Positions 15,122 through 18,887 of a stretch of 18,887 nucleotides of DNA are shown here, piece after piece. The notes beneath the pieces were generated by a model. It searched no databases. It was not told where the DNA came from and saw only the letters and a program-made list of their open reading frames with translations. How positions within the stretch are numbered: position 1 is the stretch's first letter; each line of letters starts with the position of its first letter. This DNA is from Candidatus Fervidifonticultor quintus (GTDB taxonomy: Bacteria; Sysuimicrobiota; Sysuimicrobiia; Sysuimicrobiales; Humicultoraceae). Position numbers and translations under genes: made by a program. The stretch lies in NCBI GenBank assembly GCA_031459535.1, contig JAVKIJ010000063.1, positions 1-18,887 of the forward strand. The letters run 5' to 3'.

Positions 15122-15987
15122 GTGCGGTGCAGGTCACCGCAACTGGGCCCCCGGCCGCAGTTCACCCGATGGTCCCCTGGCCGGCGATCATCACCCAGAT
15201 CCAGCCCGAGGCGGCAGGGATCGCCACCTACACGCTGGAGTTCCGGGACCCCGCGGTGCGAGAGGCGTACCGGTTTCGGCCAGGGCAGTTCAACATGCTG
15301 TACGTCCCGGGGATCGGGGAGTCGGCCATCTCCATCAGTTCGGATCCCGCGGAACCGTCCAGCCTCCGGCACACCATTCGCCTCGCCGGCAACGTCACCC
15401 AGGCCATCGGGCGGTTGACCGCCGGCGACTGGATCGGCGTCCGCGGGCCGTACGGGAGCCAGTGGCCGATGGACCGGGCCCTGGGCAGGGATCTCATCAT
15501 CGTCGGCGGTGGGATCGGGATGGCGCCCCTGCGGCCGGCGATCTATTACCTCATCAGGCACCGGGCCCAGTACGGACGGGTGACCATTCTGATCGGGGCC
15601 CGGACGCCTGCGGACCTACTCTACCCGCAGGAGTACGACGTCTGGCGCGGCCACGACATGGACGTGGTGGTTACCGTGGATCGAGCCGACGAGACCTGGA
15701 AGGGCCGGGTGGGTGTCGTCCCGATCCTCTTCTACTCCCTGCGACCCGATCCCAGGCGCACGACGGTCTTCACGTGCGGGCCCGAGATCATGATGCGGTT
15801 CGTCATCTACGAAGCCCTGGCCCGGCGCATTCCCAAGGACGCCATCTTCCTGTCCCTGGAGCGCAACATGAAGTGCGCCGTGGCGTTCTGCGGCCGTTGC
15901 CAGTACGGGCCGGTCTTTCTCTGCAAGGACGGCCCGGTCCTCAGCTACGACCGCCTCGAGCCGTTCTTTGGTGTGGAGGAGTACTGA
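15118..15987 (+). CDS. hyhG: Group 3b hydrogenase gamma subunit (FAD/NAD(P)-binding, 2Fe-2S)
   Basis: [46 protein letters not shown]...CKDGPV. Confidence 0.93.
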   Translation: MSAVQVTATGPPAAVHPMVPWPAIITQIQPEAAGIATYTLEFRDPAVREAYRFRPGQFNMLYVPGIGESAISISSDPAEPSSLRHTIRLAGNVTQAIGRLTAGDWIGVRGPYGSQWPMDRALGRDLIIVGGGIGMAPLRPAIYYLIRHRAQYGRVTILIGARTPADLLYPQEYDVWRGHDMDVVVTVDRADETWKGRVGVVPILFYSLRPDPRRTTVFTCGPEIMMRFVIYEALARRIPKDAIFLSLERNMKCAVAFCGRCQYGPVFLCKDGPVLSYDRLEPFFGVEEY

Positions 15988-16799
15988 TGGCCGCACCCGG
16001 AAGGCGTCCCCCGACCCTGGCGGTGTTCAAGTTCGCGTCCTGCGACGGCTGTCAGCTCTCGCTGCTGGATTGCGAAGACGAACTGCTGGCCGTGGCAGGG
16101 CAGATGGACATCGCCTACTTCCCCGAGGCCCGGCGCCGCGCGGTCGCCGGGCCCTATGACCTGGCGCTGGTCGAGGGATCGGTGACCACGGCGGAGGAGG
16201 TCGAGCGTATCAAGGAGGTGCGCCGGCAGTCCCGGATGCTGGTCACCATCGGGGCATGCGCCACCGCGGGCGGCATCCAGGCGTTGCGCAACTGGGCCGA
16301 CGTGGCCGAGTTCGCCCGCGTGGTCTATGCCAGCCCCGAGTACATTCACACCCTGGCGCACTCCAGGCCGATCAGCGACTTCGTGCCCGTGGACTTTGAA
16401 CTGCGCGGGTGCCCGATCAGCAAGGCCCAGCTCCTGGAGCTGATCACCTCCGTGCTCGTGGGCCGCAGGCCACAGACGCCCGCGCACAGCGTGTGTGTGG
16501 AGTGCAAGCGGGGCGGGACCGTGTGCGTTATGGTCGGCTCGGGCATCCCGTGTCTGGGCCCGGCCACCCAGGCGGGCTGCGGGGCCATCTGCCCGGCCTA
16601 CGGGCGCGGATGCTACGGGTGCTTCGGCCCCATGGAGCTGCCCAACGGGGTAGCCCTGGGGACCCGCTTCCTGACCCTGGGCCAGGCCCCCGGGGACGTG
16701 GTACGGGCCTTTAGGCTCTTCAATGGCTACGCGCCGGCATTTCGGGCGACCAGCCAGCGTTTCGGCCGGGGTGCTGTTGCCGATCAATCGGGGGAATGA
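15987..16799 (+). CDS. hyhS: Group 3b [NiFe]-hydrogenase small (delta) subunit
   Basis: TGATG overlap; [55 protein letters not shown]. No export signal. Confidence 0.93.
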   Translation: MAAPGRRPPTLAVFKFASCDGCQLSLLDCEDELLAVAGQMDIAYFPEARRRAVAGPYDLALVEGSVTTAEEVERIKEVRRQSRMLVTIGACATAGGIQALRNWADVAEFARVVYASPEYIHTLAHSRPISDFVPVDFELRGCPISKAQLLELITSVLVGRRPQTPAHSVCVECKRGGTVCVMVGSGIPCLGPATQAGCGAICPAYGRGCYGCFGPMELPNGVALGTRFLTLGQAPGDVVRAFRLFNGYAPAFRATSQRFGRGAVADQSGE

Positions 16800-18103
16800 G
16801 GTCGATGGCCCAGCGGCGGATCAACGTGGACTATCTGGCCCGCGTGGAGGGCGAGGGCGCCTTGCGCGTGGTCCTCGAGGACGACCGGGTGAGCGACGTG
16901 CAGCTCAACATCTTCGAGCCACCCCGGTTCTTCGAGGCGTTTCTGCGCGGCCGGTACTTCCAGGAGGCGATTGACATCACCGCGCGCATCTGCGGTATCT
17001 GCCCAGTCGCCTACCAGATGAGCGCGGCCCACGCCCTGGAGAAAGCCCTGGGGATCGCCCCGCCGCCGGGCGTGCGGGCGCTGCGGCGCCTGTTCTACTG
17101 CGGCGAGTGGATCGAGAGCCATGTGCTACACATCTTCATGCTGCACGCGCCCGACTTCCTGGGGCACGAGTCATCCATCAGCATGGCCGCCGATCCCGCG
17201 CTGCGGCCGTGGGTCGAGCGGGCGCTGCGGATGAAGAAGATCGGCAACCACCTGATGACGGTGATCGGCGGCCGGGAGATTCATCCGGTCTCGGTGTGCG
17301 CCGGCGGGTTCTACCGCGCACCCCGTCGCGCCGATCTGACGGCGCTGGCGCCAGATCTGGCCTGGGGGCTCGAGACCGCCGTCGCTGCCGTCCGGTGGGC
17401 CGCCGGCCTCGCGTATCCCGACTTCGCCCCCGACTACGAGTTCGTGTCCCTGTCCCATCCCGACGAGTACCCGATGAACGAAGGCCGGGTTCGGTCCTCG
17501 CGCGGGCTCGATATCCCCGTCGAAGCCTTTGAAACCCACTTCACCGAGCTGCACGTAGCGCACTCCAATGCCTTGCACTCGTGCCGCGCCGATACCCAGA
17601 CCAGCTACATGGTCGGACCACTGGCCAGAGTGAACCTCAACTTCGACCGGCTGTCGCCTGCGGCGCAGGCGGTCGCGCGTGAGGTCGGGCTGCGGCTCCC
17701 CATTCACAACCCGTTCATGAGCCTGCTGGCGCGCGGGCTGGAGACCGTGCACGCCTTCGAGGAGGCCCTTGCGCTCGTCGAAGGGTACTGGCCGCCCGAC
17801 CCGCCCGCCACACCGGCGGCACTGCGGGACGGTGAGGGCGCACACGCGACCGAGGCCCCCCGCGGGCTGCTCTACCATCGGTACCGAGTGGGCGCCGACG
17901 GGCTGATCACGGAGGCCAGGATCGTGCCGCCCACCGCCCAGAACCTCAAACGCATGGAGGACGACCTCTGGCAGTTCGTCCCGAACGTCCTGCACCTGCC
18001 GCAAGACGAGGTCACGTGGCGGTGTGAGCAGCTCGTCCGCAGCTACGATCCGTGCATCTCGTGCGCGACCCACTTCCTGAAGCTGCAGATCGATCGGCGC
18101 TAG
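16796..18103 (+). CDS. hyhL: Group 3b [NiFe]-hydrogenase large (alpha) subunit
   Basis: RVEGEG, L1 [26 protein letters not shown]2 [12 protein letters not shown] plus short C-terminal extension FLKLQIDRR. Alternative start 16805. Confidence 0.97.
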   Translation: MRSMAQRRINVDYLARVEGEGALRVVLEDDRVSDVQLNIFEPPRFFEAFLRGRYFQEAIDITARICGICPVAYQMSAAHALEKALGIAPPPGVRALRRLFYCGEWIESHVLHIFMLHAPDFLGHESSISMAADPALRPWVERALRMKKIGNHLMTVIGGREIHPVSVCAGGFYRAPRRADLTALAPDLAWGLETAVAAVRWAAGLAYPDFAPDYEFVSLSHPDEYPMNEGRVRSSRGLDIPVEAFETHFTELHVAHSNALHSCRADTQTSYMVGPLARVNLNFDRLSPAAQAVAREVGLRLPIHNPFMSLLARGLETVHAFEEALALVEGYWPPDPPATPAALRDGEGAHATEAPRGLLYHRYRVGADGLITEARIVPPTAQNLKRMEDDLWQFVPNVLHLPQDEVTWRCEQLVRSYDPCISCATHFLKLQIDRR

Positions 18104-18110
18104 GGCTGCC

Positions 18111-18614
18111 ATGGGCGCCACAGCCCCCGCCGTCCTCATCATCGGCGTGGGAAACGACGATCGGGGAGACGATGCTGCGGGACTGCTGGCGGCACGGCGG
18201 GTCCGGGCCCAGCTCGCTGCGCGCCCGGCGTCTGGCGCCGGGGTGGCCGTGGTCGAGTGCACCCGTGATCCGACCACCCTCACGGAGGTGTGGGAAGGCG
18301 CAGGGCTGGTCTTCCTGCTGGACGCTGTCCAGTCCGGCGCCCCCCCGGGCACGATCCGGCGCTTCGAGGCGGGCACGGAGCCGCTGGTGGTGGGACGGGG
18401 GCGCGGTTCCACCCATGCCCTCGGCGTGGCCGAGGCTGTTGAGCTTGCCCGGGCCCTCGGCCGGCTCCCGCCCCGGCTGATTGTCTACGGGATCGAAGCC
18501 ACAACCTTCGTTCCGGGTACGCGACCCACGCCCGCCGTCGACGAGGCGGCGTCGGAGGTCGCCGGCCGCGTCCTCGGCGAGATCCCCCACGAGCTGATCA
18601 CCCCAGGAGCCTAG
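18111..18614 (+). CDS. Hydrogenase maturation endopeptidase
   Basis: IIGVGNDDRGDDAAG, LLDAV, STHALG, VYGIE; directly follows the large subunit. Confidence 0.93.
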   Translation: MGATAPAVLIIGVGNDDRGDDAAGLLAARRVRAQLAARPASGAGVAVVECTRDPTTLTEVWEGAGLVFLLDAVQSGAPPGTIRRFEAGTEPLVVGRGRGSTHALGVAEAVELARALGRLPPRLIVYGIEATTFVPGTRPTPAVDEAASEVAGRVLGEIPHELITPGA

Positions 18615-18685
18615 GCCAAATAGGGTTTCCATCCGATGGTCCGGCCGGGCTCCGCGGTCTATGCTGGCAGCGGGGGATGAGGCCT

Positions 18686-18887
18686 GTGCTCGAGGTGGAC
18701 GAGCTCCGCGACGGCCGCCCGACGATCCTCCAGCTCACAGACTCCCGGGAGCTGGCCCGGTACGAAATCCACCCCGGACTGGGGGCCTTCTGTGCCTACG
18801 GGCCGCGACGGGGCCAGATCGTCCGGGAGTCCCTGGGCAAGGGACTGCGGGTCCCAGGGGGCGAGGTGTTCGCCGCGACCACCGGCG
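18686..18887 (+). CDS. Partial CDS, AcuA-like (GNAT acetyltransferase) N-terminus; runs off the window
   Basis: Not in the ORF track. Open from GTG 18686 (or ATG 18677): VLEVDELRDGRPTILQLTDSRELARYEIHPGLGAFCAYGPRRGQIVRESLGKGLRVPGGEVFAATTG. LARYEIHPGLGAF and L..P.G.V resemble my recollection of the Bacillus AcuA N-terminus. Confidence 0.55.
   Translation, partial: MLEVDELRDGRPTILQLTDSRELARYEIHPGLGAFCAYGPRRGQIVRESLGKGLRVPGGEVFAATTG

Noticed and set aside
14000-15987. Anaerobic sulfite reductase AsrA/AsrB call
   Set aside because: The subunits are homologous, but they are followed by NiFe small and large subunits and there is no asrC, so these are hydrogenase subunits.
1-18887. Mobile element, CRISPR, tRNA/rRNA or a taxonomic assignment
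   Set aside because: No transposase or integrase, repeat-spacer array or RNA-gene signature was seen, and composition appears uniform. Lineage cannot be established without a search.

Overview
GC-rich bacterial DNA, almost entirely coding on the + strand, carrying three adjacent redox modules. (1) A compact clade II (Sec-type) N2O reductase cluster: blue-copper lipoprotein, Rrf2 regulator, nosZ, a Tat-signal nosL, an in-frame nosB-nosD fusion, nosF and nosY. (2) An apparently separately promoted stress/redox block: USP, DsbA-like protein, VKOR, hemerythrin-like protein and CBS-ACT protein, followed by a structured intergenic region and a convergent Cys-rich gene. (3) A group 3b-type cytoplasmic [NiFe]-hydrogenase cluster (beta, gamma, small and large subunits, protease). 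Its maturation set is atypical: HypC without the conserved His, a DUF6390-like protein that seems to contain its own HypC-like domain, HypA without the zinc finger, a short HypB and a cNMP-binding-fold protein, with no hypD/E/F in the window. The edges hold a partial ABC substrate-binding protein (- strand) and a partial AcuA-like acetyltransferase. All family calls are from motif recognition by eye, not database searches; several starts were moved from the ORF track using RBS and overlap evidence. No rRNA, tRNA, CRISPR or mobile element was seen.
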